The notes under the pieces: model-generated | The model's input: the letters and a program-made list of their open reading frames with translations, nothing else | Database searches by the model: none | What the model was told of the DNA's origin: nothing | NCBI GenBank assembly: GCA_030141605.1 | Contig: JAQGDQ010000123.1 | Location: forward strand, 372,001 to 436,000 | DNA length: 64,000 bases | Direction: 5' to 3' | Origin: Tubiluchus corallicola | Taxonomy: Eukaryota > Animalia > Priapulida | Position numbers and translations under genes: made by a program | Shown: piece by piece, positions 52,255 to 64,000 of the stretch | How the letters are laid out: every line of letters begins with the position of its first letter | Position numbering within the stretch: the first letter of the stretch is position 1

Positions 52255-55200
52255 ATGTCAATTTTTGCGAAACTGACAGGGGAGAGACGGTCGTAAGTAT
52301 TAATCTTTGGTTTATAGTTTATAAAAAGAAAAATTGCTTTTGCAAAATACTGTACTGGTCTATACCGTCTTCGGAGAAGAGAACTTTGAAGATCACGTTT
52401 TGTTCATGAATTTAATGTACTCAGGCATTTTTTGATGTAACATCACGCGTCTTCATCTTTGCATTAACTGAGTGGAGCTTTGTGCATGTCTATGCTGACA
52501 ATGATGGACAAAGACTTATGTCTGTATATTATTAATGTGTGAAGAGTGATGTAATTTGACGGGTCTGTGTGGAGAACAGATTCGATGCAGTTTAGTTGAA
52601 AAATCCGTTAAATAGTTTTAATTACTGCATATGGGCACTCATTTACAATATTTAACAAATGTTCATTCAAGTGTTAGGCAAAACATGCTGTCTTTGCTGG
52701 GTATTATTGGCATTACCAGTATGACTTATTTATATTAACTAGAAATAATAAATTACATTATAGTTTTTAATTCTTTAGGGAACTTCTACGGAATTTGCAA
52801 GAATTATCACATTATACAGGTCAACGTCGTTTTCAAGAAGACATGCCAGTTGTGCAACCAGAGTTTTCAGGTCTAGGAATTCCTGGAGCTCCTGTGGGAC
52901 CGGGAGCACCCAGGGGACAGGCTCCACCTGGAGGGTATAGTGGTCTGGCTGCTAGGTCATTACCTGACACAGAAAGGTATTTTAAATTATGCGATCAACA
53001 AATAATGCAATCAATATGCGATCAACAAATAAACTGTTGATCCACATTCACATCTTGCATCAAAGTCTGATCCACAAAATGTTCACGCATATGCTTCAAA
53101 CAACACGAGAAGAGTTGTTTGTCACATTGGAAAATTTTCTCACAAAAACTGAAAAGGAGTTAACAGCGATGTGACTCTAACATTAACCAAACTTGGGCAC
53201 TGTAATGGTGCCTGTTTGTTTAAATGTTCAGTGTTATCCTTAAAAGAACAAAGGTCTTTAATTATCGCACCAAAATCAAAATATTTTTGGTCAGCATCTT
53301 CACACGACAATATATCTACTAACTTGAAATTAGATAAGCCAGTATGCTAGACAATGTTGCATAACAACAAGTCTCTTTGATTATAATAACGTACACACTC
53401 ACATAGAAAAACTAAAAAACGTCAACGATATTGTAAAAAAGAGAGTGTAGTAGTCACAGTTTAAGAGTTCATTGTACTTCATGGTACATTCGATATATTA
53501 TGCTCTTGCTTATTCTCTAATTACAGATAATCAATAAACGTAACAGTACTTGTGTCACTTACTGGTAACTAGATACATCGTGATAATCCTAAACCACAGA
53601 TGCTATAACCCGTTATGTTCTTGATTTGGTAAACACACCAGTATTGAAAGTTTTCACTTGCATGTTTGAGATGTAATAGTAACAGACTTACTTTATTACC
53701 TCAGAAAATGTCGCTGGAAAATGAAAAATATAACCACTTGTTGAAGAACACACAAGTACAAACATAACAGCAACTACCACAATGTAATTAGTGTGTTAAT
53801 TAAGTTCTGATTAGTTTTGCATTTTGCTTGTGGTATAGGCCTATATCACGGGAGCTGCAAGCACGTTTCTAAAGCACTTGTGGTGTGTTAGTATAAATTT
53901 TATTGTGTCTTTGAAAAATAAATGTATTTCTATGTCATTCTTAATAACAATAAGTTTTGTCTCCTCGTGCTTTTGTTAAAAATCATTTTTTCAGCTTTTT
54001 TGATCTAATATATGAGGACTGTGTAATCAAGACATTTAAAATGTGTTCAGAGAAATGCATCTATTTTTGCCTACGTTTGTTTATGATTCTTTTTAGGTCT
54101 TACATTAGGTTTTAAGTTACAAACTTGTTTTTATTTCTGGCACTGTAGGCAATAATTATCATATGTTTCAACACTGCTGAAACACTGTTGGTTTTACACA
54201 ACAAAAATGGTCCTTGATTCGTTAGTTAGTTCTTACTTTTTCACTATTGCAAAATTTTTCATTTTCCTGTTGCAGGGGAAAGAAATTTCGAAAGTGTATA
54301 CGTGTGTTTGTACAGTTTTATGTTTATGCATCATTTCGCAGTATCATGTATATGCATCATTTCGTTAAATTTTCTTAATACAATTACAACAAGAACAAAC
54401 AAATCTATAATTAAATTACATTAATTATAAAGTTTAATAAAGTGATTTGAATACATATTAAATTAGTGTTTTTTCTAACTGCTTATAATTTAAAATCAAT
54501 CATTTATACAGCGTTCAGGAAGATTGTCAATATCCTAGAGTCGGGCCTGATGACATGTTACCTGGGCTTGTTTCTGGAAATATCGCACCTGGTGGGAATG
54601 AAGATGAGGAACCTGAGGATGTTGCCATGGTAACAGTTAATATTTTAAATTCTTTAAAAAGATTATTTGTGGTAATTATGCTGAAACTTTATTATGGCTT
54701 TAATGTGAAAATGTAGCTGGTTGAGTTCGGCCACTAAACTATTAACTAATAACAAAAGTGGCATTTTCGTTCACAGGCAATAAGCTTTTGCGGTGGCTGA
54801 GAACACTGCTGAGGTGTTGCATAATGCACCGGGGTGACTATTAGGTGCGCAGTAGACAATAACGCAGAGTACTTTCACGTTACTAATTAAGTTTGTTTGT
54901 TTTTTCCTTCATATATCAGTGCGTCATGTTTTTCCGTTTCGTGCAACAGTGTTATCACGTCTTTTCAATAACACTCTCTTAACCGGCCAGCCCCTTTAAC
55001 AAACAGTTTTTGATTCCTTTGTCTTCTACTGTCTAAAACGTTAATTATGTCCAGATCTTGCAAAATGTCCAAAAATGTTTACTTGCATGTTTTCCCACTG
55101 CTGACCTGTTTGAGCATCTATGGTGATTTAACGTGTTTTGGCAGTTTTGTAGCATTTTAAGTAATGCAAATCTTAGTGCTTATCTACCCTAATGAATATT

Positions 55201-58200
55201 CCTGTTGCCTAACATAGCGTGATACTAACCTGTTTAACACCTGAATGTGGCAAGGATGTTCTGAAGTCGAGGAGCCGTGATCGTTGCTAATTAGGTGTTA
55301 CATATTTTCGCACAATAGCGAACACTTGGACTTAGATATGGATACGTTTTCATGTAAAACCCATGTTTGATTTGCTTTGACATCCAGTTTGTGTAGTGAT
55401 GTTATCTAAATTGCTCTTAGACAGTTAAAAACATATTCAAACATTTCTTTCTTAGCTTATTTGTATTTTTAGTTTTTATGTGTTTACATAATTTGATTAT
55501 TTTAACAGATTATTCCAGTGAGTATGAGGTTGCAAAACTTACATAATTTTCCTGCATCAGCTATGGCAAACAAGACAAACAGCAGGTCACAACTGATGGC
55601 TATGCATAGAGCAAAGTAAGATTCTCTTCTTGCCTGGAAATATGATCATTAAAAAGTAACACCTTGCACCTTGAATCCATATTGTATACCAAAACTAAAT
55701 ATTTTCTAAAAATATTTTTTTAATAACGTGGTAGAGCTAACCACCAATTATGTCCATTAATATTATTATAATTATTTTGTTGTTGTTGTTATTATTATTA
55801 TACATGAAAGTAATGTACCATGTCAGACTGTACACCTTTGTGTTATATTGATTACCATAGATTTTTGTACTTTGTGTGCTCACAGCGAGATTGCTAGATT
55901 AGTAAAAATTAGCCAACAATGATGTGCCACATCTGATTGCAAATTCTGTGTTCTGTTGTATGGCAAATAGTAGGTGCCATGTTGTACAATAGAAAAACTC
56001 TTTCGATTGAATACCAAAAACATGCCTTGAGCGACTCGCTTCTGAAGTACTGTTCGACGTGCAGGCTAGCAATTAGGAATGTTCGGGATTGGGGTCACTA
56101 TGGTCACTCGGATTTTTCTTAAACCCCAAATTACTCGTCCTGTCTTGATCCCTATTCCTTATCTCGTTCTATCCCTGTTACTTTTGTGATTAAAAATGAT
56201 AATATTTTTTTCAATTGAATAAATGTTTTTAAATTTAGCTAAAATTTAGTGTAGTGAAGGAAGCGTGTGACAGTTATAACAATGCAAAAGAAAAGTTGTA
56301 AAAGAAAATGGTGATACTGTTTTAATTTCAGTATGATAAACACACAGACCTATCAACTTCAGGAGACAGTATATCTGGAGATTTTTCAAAAAAAGTAAAA
56401 AAAAACTAGAGATTCCTTAAAAAGCTTAAAAGCTCAGCTTCCTGAAGCCATCACTAAGTTAACAACATTATTTATTATCAGTTTAGTGATTGTACTAACA
56501 ATGGCGTTAACTTAGTGACGGCTTTGTGAAACCGGCTCGTGGTTCGCTAATTTGGAACAGCAGAATATAATTGTTTTCCATGCAAAATAGGCTTACTAAA
56601 GAGGCAGTTGGGATGTGGCAGCGCTCTTTTTTAGTTTTATTCACTAAAGTCGAAATTTACCGATCTTTTTGTTTACCTTGAGAAAGCCAAGGTGTACTAT
56701 GAAGCCCATAAGAAATGAGTTAAAATCGTGAAACTCACAGTAAAACTGTGAGAGCTGAGATGTTGGAGCATATGACGGCAGTTTCTTCTTTGTAATGTTA
56801 TACACTATTATGTGAATGGCACTGCTTCTTATCACTTAACTCATTCATTTACAGATTTGGCTGCGTCACAAGTACAGCAAAGTCGCTTGATTTACTACGA
56901 CAGAATTTGCAGAAGAAAATAAATAAAGACATTGATGAGTTGATACAATCGTACTTAGATGTAAGTTTTATGAACAATCTTTTAATTAGATGATAGTGAT
57001 CTTTTGGAAACTCTCAGAATATGCAAATGTTGTTCTTTGGTGATAGAATAAATTGAAATTCATCTCTTAAGGTCGCCAATAACCTGTTCAAAATGGAAGT
57101 TTGTAAAAATGGCAAAATTTATTATCTTTTTATGTTCATTACATACTCACAAAACTAATGTCGGCAAGTGAAAAACCATGACTATGAAACATGTAAATAT
57201 TAAGAAATTGTTTTAACTCAAGTGATAACTTCAAATTTATAGGCTCATTTATAGGAGGAAAATATACACTGTTATGCACTTTTTGTTTCTTCTGTAATTT
57301 TTGACTATTTGTAATGCATTAAAACCAAACATCATTACAGCACCAAATGAAATTAGATAGCTCTATTCTTCACATCATTCTATGATTACCATTTTGAAGA
57401 TACTGTGAATCTTAACTGCATCTCTCAGTCAGCATTCACTTTTACGCAAAGATGTCTTCAATTTATTTACGCACACCAGTAGATGCTACCATGATAACTA
57501 CAAAACACTTACTTTGTATTTGTAATGAGCTGCGAATTGTTTGCGCTTTAATCTGTGCTATTAGCTTCATTTATCCTTAGCACGCTTTGTTGGTAAATAA
57601 CGTAGTCTAAGATTCAGTTTATACCAATCTGTGGCTTTGGATGGGTTTACCTTTTGGTGGCGATATTTTTTTTAAATTTTGTAATTGGCCACTTATGCCG
57701 GGTTGTACATAACATTTTGCTAGGGGTACAAAAACAACAATTATTGCACAGAACAGTTTATTACATCAGAGCATTGTTCAAACAATTGCTGGTGTGGAAT
57801 CCTCATACGTCTTGCAATGCCTGCAATCTTGAAAGTTATGATAGAAGCAGTGACATAAATTCTCTGGAATTAGTTTTTTCGATTGAATTGAATGGCTTGG
57901 AAATTCACCGAACCTCTGCCCTGCCAAACACACCAAATGCAGAGGGGTGCTAAGATGATGGAAAGCATGCCTTTGGTCAGTATTCAACAGATAAGCTTGT
58001 GAACCATCTGCAAGATGTGTTGGAAGATCTTGACTTCTTTGAGTCACTGCTCTGATCATACCCTCAAGCTTGCGTTTTGTGCGAGTCTTGTATAAGGCAT
58101 CCACTTCAAGTTTTGATGGCAAGATAGACTAGCCATCATTTTGTTCTACTACTCATTATTGGTGTACTCCCCTAGCCGAAGGTCGTGCACCACCCTTTAT

Positions 58201-61200
58201 GAAGGGTAGCACAATATGTAATTCTCACTTCAATTTTCATTTCAGAAATATTTTAATCCATGTATAGAGAATATTAAGAAAAACAATGGTGATGAATCAG
58301 TTTCAGAAGAACACGTGCACACAGTATGCAGACAGATACTCGAGGAGGTATAGATTCCTTTATTCATTGCATTTGGTAGAAGTTGTCATTAATGGTGTTC
58401 TGTTGGAATGTAATTACTATCTACTCGTAGTTTGCTTAATTACATTTTGGAGTACTTTTTGTTAATATTGCAATGCTTGCTGTGATAGTTTTGAGATTAT
58501 GCATTTTCTGTACATTATGAAGTAGGCCCATATTTGTAGATGAAAAACAACACAATTTATTAAAACTTTTACTATACATAGTTAAAATCATGCCAACGTT
58601 TCGACAAACTACAGCTGTCATCATTAGTGGCAAATTTTACAAACATACAACCAGTTTATATAGGTAGAGCCTATTATGCACTAATTAAGTAGTTAACAGT
58701 AGTTACCTGGCAAATAGGTAATGATTAAGCAGACCTGAAGCAAAGAAATCGATATAGTAACAAATAGCTAAGTATTTGTGCATTAAGAGAAGGCTTATAA
58801 GGGTACACAGATAAACTTCCTTTTATTAATAAGTCCTAGCTATTTGTACTTCTGGTCGCAGTGCTGAAATTATTAAAATCAGCTTTGTGGCCAGAGGCAC
58901 AAATATGGTCATAAGTGCTGGACTGAGGAGAATTTTTTAATTTTTTGCCAGTGCTAGACGAAATGCCGAGATACAACAATGTGAAGTAAAAAAGCTTTAG
59001 TAAAGTTATGTTGTTTTTAACTATAAATGTTTTTAAGTGCCCGTTTATTGGCCTTTATAATTGGCCTTTATTTATTTGTAGACATTTTATAAGCTATAAT
59101 AGAAAATTTAAAGAGATAAAACTATGAATTATTTTGTTTGTTGGATGTGTTGTTAGAAAAATCATTAAAATGCATTTCCACCATATATAGGCTAAACGTC
59201 TGTATTCGTCTCCCACACGAGGTAGTACACCATATCCAGATGTATCTGATTCAGAAAGTACTACTGAACTAAGAATGAGTCGAATTATAAATAAGGTAAG
59301 TGTATGGAATATTTTGTACAAAATATAGCATATTAACACTTGCTTTCATGAAGCGTCTCTTGAAAAGCCCTTGTAGAATGTTTGTAATATATTAACTTGT
59401 GCAACACTGTGAAAATGATAGTCTGAAAACATTTTAATTTATAGCGAAGACCTTCGAGCAACGTGTATCAAATATATCAGTTGTCTAAAAATTTCATTAG
59501 TTTTCAGTCCGCAGATGAATTTTTTTTGGAAATTTAAGATTATAAAGCTGAAAGTCACTAACAGTGTTAGATTATTCCCTTTTATCACATATAACTTTTC
59601 CAAGCCCCCAAAATGTCCTTCCTTTGACCTCTGTGGCAAGGGATGTCTAATAATAATATGCTTGCGCACTGGCTTTTACGATCGTAGTTTGATGAGATGC
59701 TAAAGCGATATGTTGTTGGTCGCTTTCTGTTGAGTCGTCTAAGACAATTTTGTAAAACTTCTCATTCCTTAGTGGTGACCAAGCAAATAGTTCACTAATT
59801 ATTATGAACCTGACCAGCTTGAATGTGACTGATATTGATGCTGACAAGCTCAGTTCAATATTAACTGTAGTATATTTTACTGTTTTTATGCTTTTAATGA
59901 CCATTCTCATTGGGTTAGATGTATGCGTTGTAGCACTGATTATGGTAAAAAATTTTCTCAGAACAGCGGCCAATCTTTTCCTGGCAAATTTTGCAATTTC
60001 GAGTGCCTTACTTTCTTTGTACAACATTCATATGTTGATAGTGCGGCATTATGTTACCGACTTTAGTGCTCTGCATTGTGCAGTGAATGGTATTGTTGTG
60101 TGTGGACTGCTCACAGAATGCTTGATCATGGAAGTTCTGATGACAATTGATAGATACATCGCTATCATCTATCCTCTACATTATCACCATCTCAGTACTA
60201 ACTTGAATAGCACTATCACTATCTTTGTGTCTTGGATATACTCTTTTTGCATAGGAATAGCATCTTCATCGTGGTTTACCTTTTTGAATAATACGGAGGT
60301 TAAGGATGTTACAAAATGTGTCATAGCCCGTCAGGTTCACCCCGAATTTTGTCTTTATTTTGCTGCACAATATGCCATAGCATCTTCAGTCATCTTCTTC
60401 ATTTATGCAAGTGTATTTAAAGTTGTTCTACAGCATAAAATCCAGTTAGCTAATGCAGTGCCTGATAGTCATCAAAACTATCTGAATTTAATAGAGCGGA
60501 TCAAAGCTGCAATATCTGTGTTTGCAACTGTTGGAACATCATTGCTGTGTTTTGCAGCTTTTTTTGCACACTTGGGTATTACCTGTGCTACTGAGTTGGA
60601 ACTTAAATCATTGAAGCAGAGTGCTGACATATTAATAAACATCAGCGCATTGACAAATATTATCCTCTATTTCTGGAAAATAAAGCAGCTGCGGGAGTTT
60701 TTCCTGAAACTATGTGGAAAGCGTCACAACAGCATAGTTGCTACTTCTAGTCAAAATCCGTGCTGATAACAAACTAAGTGATTGACCGTGAAACAGTGCG
60801 TAGCATTGAAAGTGTTCATTTTAACAGTTTAATTATGAAATTTATTAAGTAAAACTTGCAAGCTACTTAAACAAAAATATTTTGTTTCCCTCTCCCAAAT
60901 GTATATATGTATATATATATATATTTACATATATGCTTACATATATATTTACAAATATTACATATATGTCTACTGTATAGTAAGTCCTTGTTTTAATGAC
61001 TCTTTGTTTATTAATGATTCATTTAACAATAATGACTATTTGCCATCTTTTTCTCCTTCAATGCCGACTTTGCTTACTTTAAGTACTAAATTAGCACTAG
61101 ATTTAAATGAACGTTAATTGTATATGTTTATATTTGCGCACGTGCGCGCATGGGTACTTAACAATGTTGTAATGGATATAGTCCACCTGACTCACTGATA

Positions 61201-63529
61201 ATTATGATGTAATAAATTTCAATGCATTGAAATAGCTGTTTTGCAAGTTTTGCACTTTTATAATAATTTGGAGACATTTGTAATGCATTTACATTTCACA
61301 CTTGCGTTGTAAAACGGAAAGCTACTCGGGTACAGTGAATCCTCGCTTAATGATGATGCCCAAAAAAAGTGTTGTTAAGCAAAACATTGCTAGATGAAAC
61401 CATGATTTCCCCAAGAAAGAATGTAAAAGCATTGTGTTGGATTCCAGTAGCAAAAATCTCTAGTGCTATGCAAAAGGGTTCAATTCCTGGCAGGGGAATA
61501 ACAATCACTGAAAGGATGGGTATATAAAACCATTCAGTTATGTTGCAGGGGAAAACCGATAACACTTGGCTTATAAATTAAACACTTTGTAGGGTTTATT
61601 GCTTACAGCTACACTATAAGTATTTGTTTAATTAAAAAGCTAATCAGTAACTAAGGTGTGAAAACTAAAATGTAACTAAAGTGCAAAAAACTAAAAAAAT
61701 TTATAGACATTTATTTTTTAACAGAATCATCTATAAAGCAGTTAGGTTGTTTAATCAAAGATTTTTCTGAATATATTACAAAAGTATACCAGTTGTACAC
61801 CCAGCTATTAATAATCTACATAAGCAATCGGTGGACACATTAAGTAAGGTATACTGTTATTGTTTGGGCTAGCTAAGGCAGTGGTGATTATAATGACTAG
61901 CAAGAGAAAATATTAATGTGTATATATTTACGGAAATATATAATAATAGTAATGAAATCTTTATTTTTAATCAACAGTATTTGCCTTTTTGTCTTTGTAA
62001 TGTACATTTGTGTTTCGTAGAGCTTGATTAATTGAATTTGGAAACAGATTGCATCCAGCAACTAAAAGTTTAGCTTTATCGACCGTCAAAAGGTCATTAA
62101 AATTAACATACGGGGCTATTAAGACAGTTACTTTACTCGAGTAAGGTAATCTTATAGCATTGTAAATTGGACATATTAGTAAATAATGCAACACATCTTC
62201 AGTTTGCAAATTACATTTGTTATAAATAGTAGCATGTGATAAAGCTGAATTTGTACAAAAGAGTAATTTAAAGCATTTGTGCCCAACCTTAATGTAGGTT
62301 AACTCAGAAGCAAAACGTGCACCTGTAAAATAATAAAATTTCAGGGGAATACAGTAAATTTTAATTAGAACTTTCTTAAAACTTACTGGCTAAAAATTTA
62401 TTTTAATTTTCTAATATCAGTAGAAAGCTTATTCCATTTTTCTGTACCAGAAGGGAAAAACCTTGATTGAAAGTAGTTAGAAATACAAATAATTAACGAT
62501 AAATTTTCACTATTACGTAAATTATAGTAGGTTCTATCATAAACAGGTTCTGTAAGTATGGAAGTAAGGTAAGATGATGAAGCTCCTTTAGCAATTTTAT
62601 AAAATAAAGACATTTTATGAATGTATCTTCTGTGGTGACGTGGAGTCACAAGAAAGATCTCTCAGCAATTTCTCTCCGCTTGTACCAAACACAGCTCCAA
62701 ACACTACCAATGAAACATGGTACTGAATTTGTTCAACAGCTAGAGCAGTCGCTTCTGTGCAATTGTCCCAAATGCATTCACAATATTCAAGCAATGGTCT
62801 AATATACGATTTGTATAACTTGTCTAAGGACCACCTATCTAAAAGAAGTTAATTTTTTGCAATGGGTCTAAACGTTTAGAAGCTCTAACTAAAATAATAG
62901 CATATGAACGTTGCAAGTTAAATTACTGGTTAAAATTAAACCCAAGTGTTTATGCTTAATATAATTTCCGATTTTTGTCCCCTGAAGAAGCAGATCGGGA
63001 TGAAATGGTGGATGAGTTTTGTGAGAAAAGATAACTAATTCTGTTTTGTCTGCATTAAAGGTAACCAACCATCTCCTAGCCCATTGAGTAATACAGATCT
63101 TAGATCTTGCTGTAATGTGTTACCAGTAGCACTTGGACACTCATCTACATGTTTTATGCATGTATCGTCAGTAAGTAATCGCATATCGGACTGAATACCA
63201 TCAGCTATGTGTCTTTAATGAATATCAAAAAGAGGAGAGGACCTATACACGCACTTTAGATCAGATGCAAAACCATTGATAATTACGGATTGTTTCCTTT
63301 CTGACAGATATGAACATAACCAAGAAAGTAGTTTTTCAGTGTCTCGTTAGCAGCAACTTTTACAGAGCATCGTTAAGCAAGGGCTTACTGTACTTTGCAA
63401 TGTGGAAATTTTCACCAGTGCAGCTACAATTAAATTTTCTTTTGTTAGAACATTCCCAGTTATTTAAAAAGAAGCCACACTTCTGACACTGACTCTGATG
63501 TCAGCATCTCCATCAGCAGGCACAAAAAG
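52255..63529 (+). CDS. DNTTIP1: Deoxynucleotidyltransferase terminal-interacting protein 1 (MiDAC subunit), 3' end beyond window
   Basis: Exons 52255-52292, 52779-52976, 54512-54629, 55509-55615, 56855-56960, 58246-58347, 59191-59295, 63449-63529, all phase-compatible. TSTAKSLDLLRQNLQKKINKDIDELIQSYLDKYFNPCIENIKKNNGDESVSEEHVHTVCRQILEEAK matches the DNTTIP1 dimerisation domain (human ...SMDLLRAVLQPSINEEIQ...CRSCLEQAK). Confidence 0.88.
56431..56538. mobile_element. ~100-bp MITE, copy 2
   Basis: gctcagcttcctgaagccatcactaagttaac / gttaacttagtgacggctttgtgaaaccggc; reverse-orientation homolog of 43423-43520. Confidence 0.6.
58588..58802 (-). mobile_element. Hammerhead-motif-bearing repeat, copy B
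   Basis: Minus strand TGCCA-CTAATGA-T-GACAG-ctgtagt-TTGTC-GAAACGT-TGGCA at 58632-58591; shares atagg.agagc.tattatg.actaattaa, taacaaa.agctaagt and aag..aaggcttat.agg with copy A. Confidence 0.6.
59804..60766 (+). CDS. Intronless divergent class A (rhodopsin-like) GPCR, 320 aa, nested in a DNTTIP1 intron
   Basis: Seven hydrophobic segments; N-terminal NxT sites; NLFLANFA (TM2); Cys at top of TM3; IDRYIAIIYPLHY; TM4 Trp; ECL2 Cys; NIILY plus helix-8-like KQLREFF. Confidence 0.9.
   Translation: MNLTSLNVTDIDADKLSSILTVVYFTVFMLLMTILIGLDVCVVALIMVKNFLRTAANLFLANFAISSALLSLYNIHMLIVRHYVTDFSALHCAVNGIVVCGLLTECLIMEVLMTIDRYIAIIYPLHYHHLSTNLNSTITIFVSWIYSFCIGIASSSWFTFLNNTEVKDVTKCVIARQVHPEFCLYFAAQYAIASSVIFFIYASVFKVVLQHKIQLANAVPDSHQNYLNLIERIKAAISVFATVGTSLLCFAAFFAHLGITCATELELKSLKQSADILINISALTNIILYFWKIKQLREFFLKLCGKRHNSIVATSSQNPC
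60899..60968 (+). repeat. (TA)n-rich microsatellite
   Basis: Interrupted TA run just after the GPCR stop. Confidence 0.85.
60978..63390. mobile_element. pogo/Tigger-like non-autonomous element interrupted by the LINE
   Basis: TA-flanked imperfect TIR pair tagtaagtccttgttttaatg / cgttaagcaagggcttactg; another Tigger-like end (tacagtgaatcctcgcttaat) at ~61331. Confidence 0.45.
61940..63340 (-). mobile_element. 5'-truncated, decayed non-LTR retrotransposon (CR1/L2-like RT and C-terminal region)
   Basis: Frameshifted fragments IGPLLFLIFIKD..IADGIQSDMRLLTDDTCI (degenerate RT ADD motif), RRYIHKMSLFYKI...YNLRNS...FFPSGTEKWNKL, and EDVLHYLLICPIY (C-terminal Cys/His motif). Confidence 0.85.
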
Positions 63530-64000
63530 GTGAGTTACATTGCTCTTGTGTTTTTGTCGTCTTTACTTTTATTTGTTTCATTTTTTTGTTTTTACATGTG
63601 GTGTGCACATTCTCAAAAGAGTTAGTTTAATTTGGATTAGTTGTCTGAGTTGTTGGATCATGCACCATGTTATAACACATGGCAGCGATGGGCGGTTAAT
63701 GGATTAATTGAATTAACCCCAAATACAACCATGTATAAATCATATAATTTGTAACTGAACAGTAATTCACTTAATCAACATTAATCGACAGCAAACTATA
63801 CGTGTTACACACCGACTAAAAGCCAGTGTGTTAGTACAAATAAACTCAATTTTTGTGTTTTTTTCTAATTTTTCCCACCTTACACAACGTCTACACCTTG
63901 TGCTAACCACTATGTTGGAAACTTCGTTGGCACGTGATGCATATAGTGACCTATAGAGTAGTTAACAAATGTACATGTCTATGAAATAGGTTACGAGTAC

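Overview
AT-rich, intron-rich animal (probably invertebrate) genomic DNA; no prokaryotic operons or CRISPR. I assembled exons by hand, checking splice sites and phases. Four spliced genes result: (1) a minus-strand gene starting with a ComEA/EEPD1-type helix-hairpin-helix pair followed by an acidic region, with its 3' end unresolved; (2) PRPF3 (+, 10 coding exons, ~697 aa, one GC-AG intron); (3) RanGAP1 (-, 13 coding exons, ~577 aa); (4) DNTTIP1 (+, head-to-head with RanGAP1, running off the window end). One DNTTIP1 intron hosts an intronless, highly divergent class A GPCR and a decayed LINE. Many MITE/SINE remnants are present, some nested. Most notable: an apparent alternative terminal exon of RanGAP1 that would swap the SUMO-attachment domain for a C-terminal NES, and two copies of a repeat carrying a minimal hammerhead ribozyme motif. 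Family assignments are from recalled motifs, not database searches.
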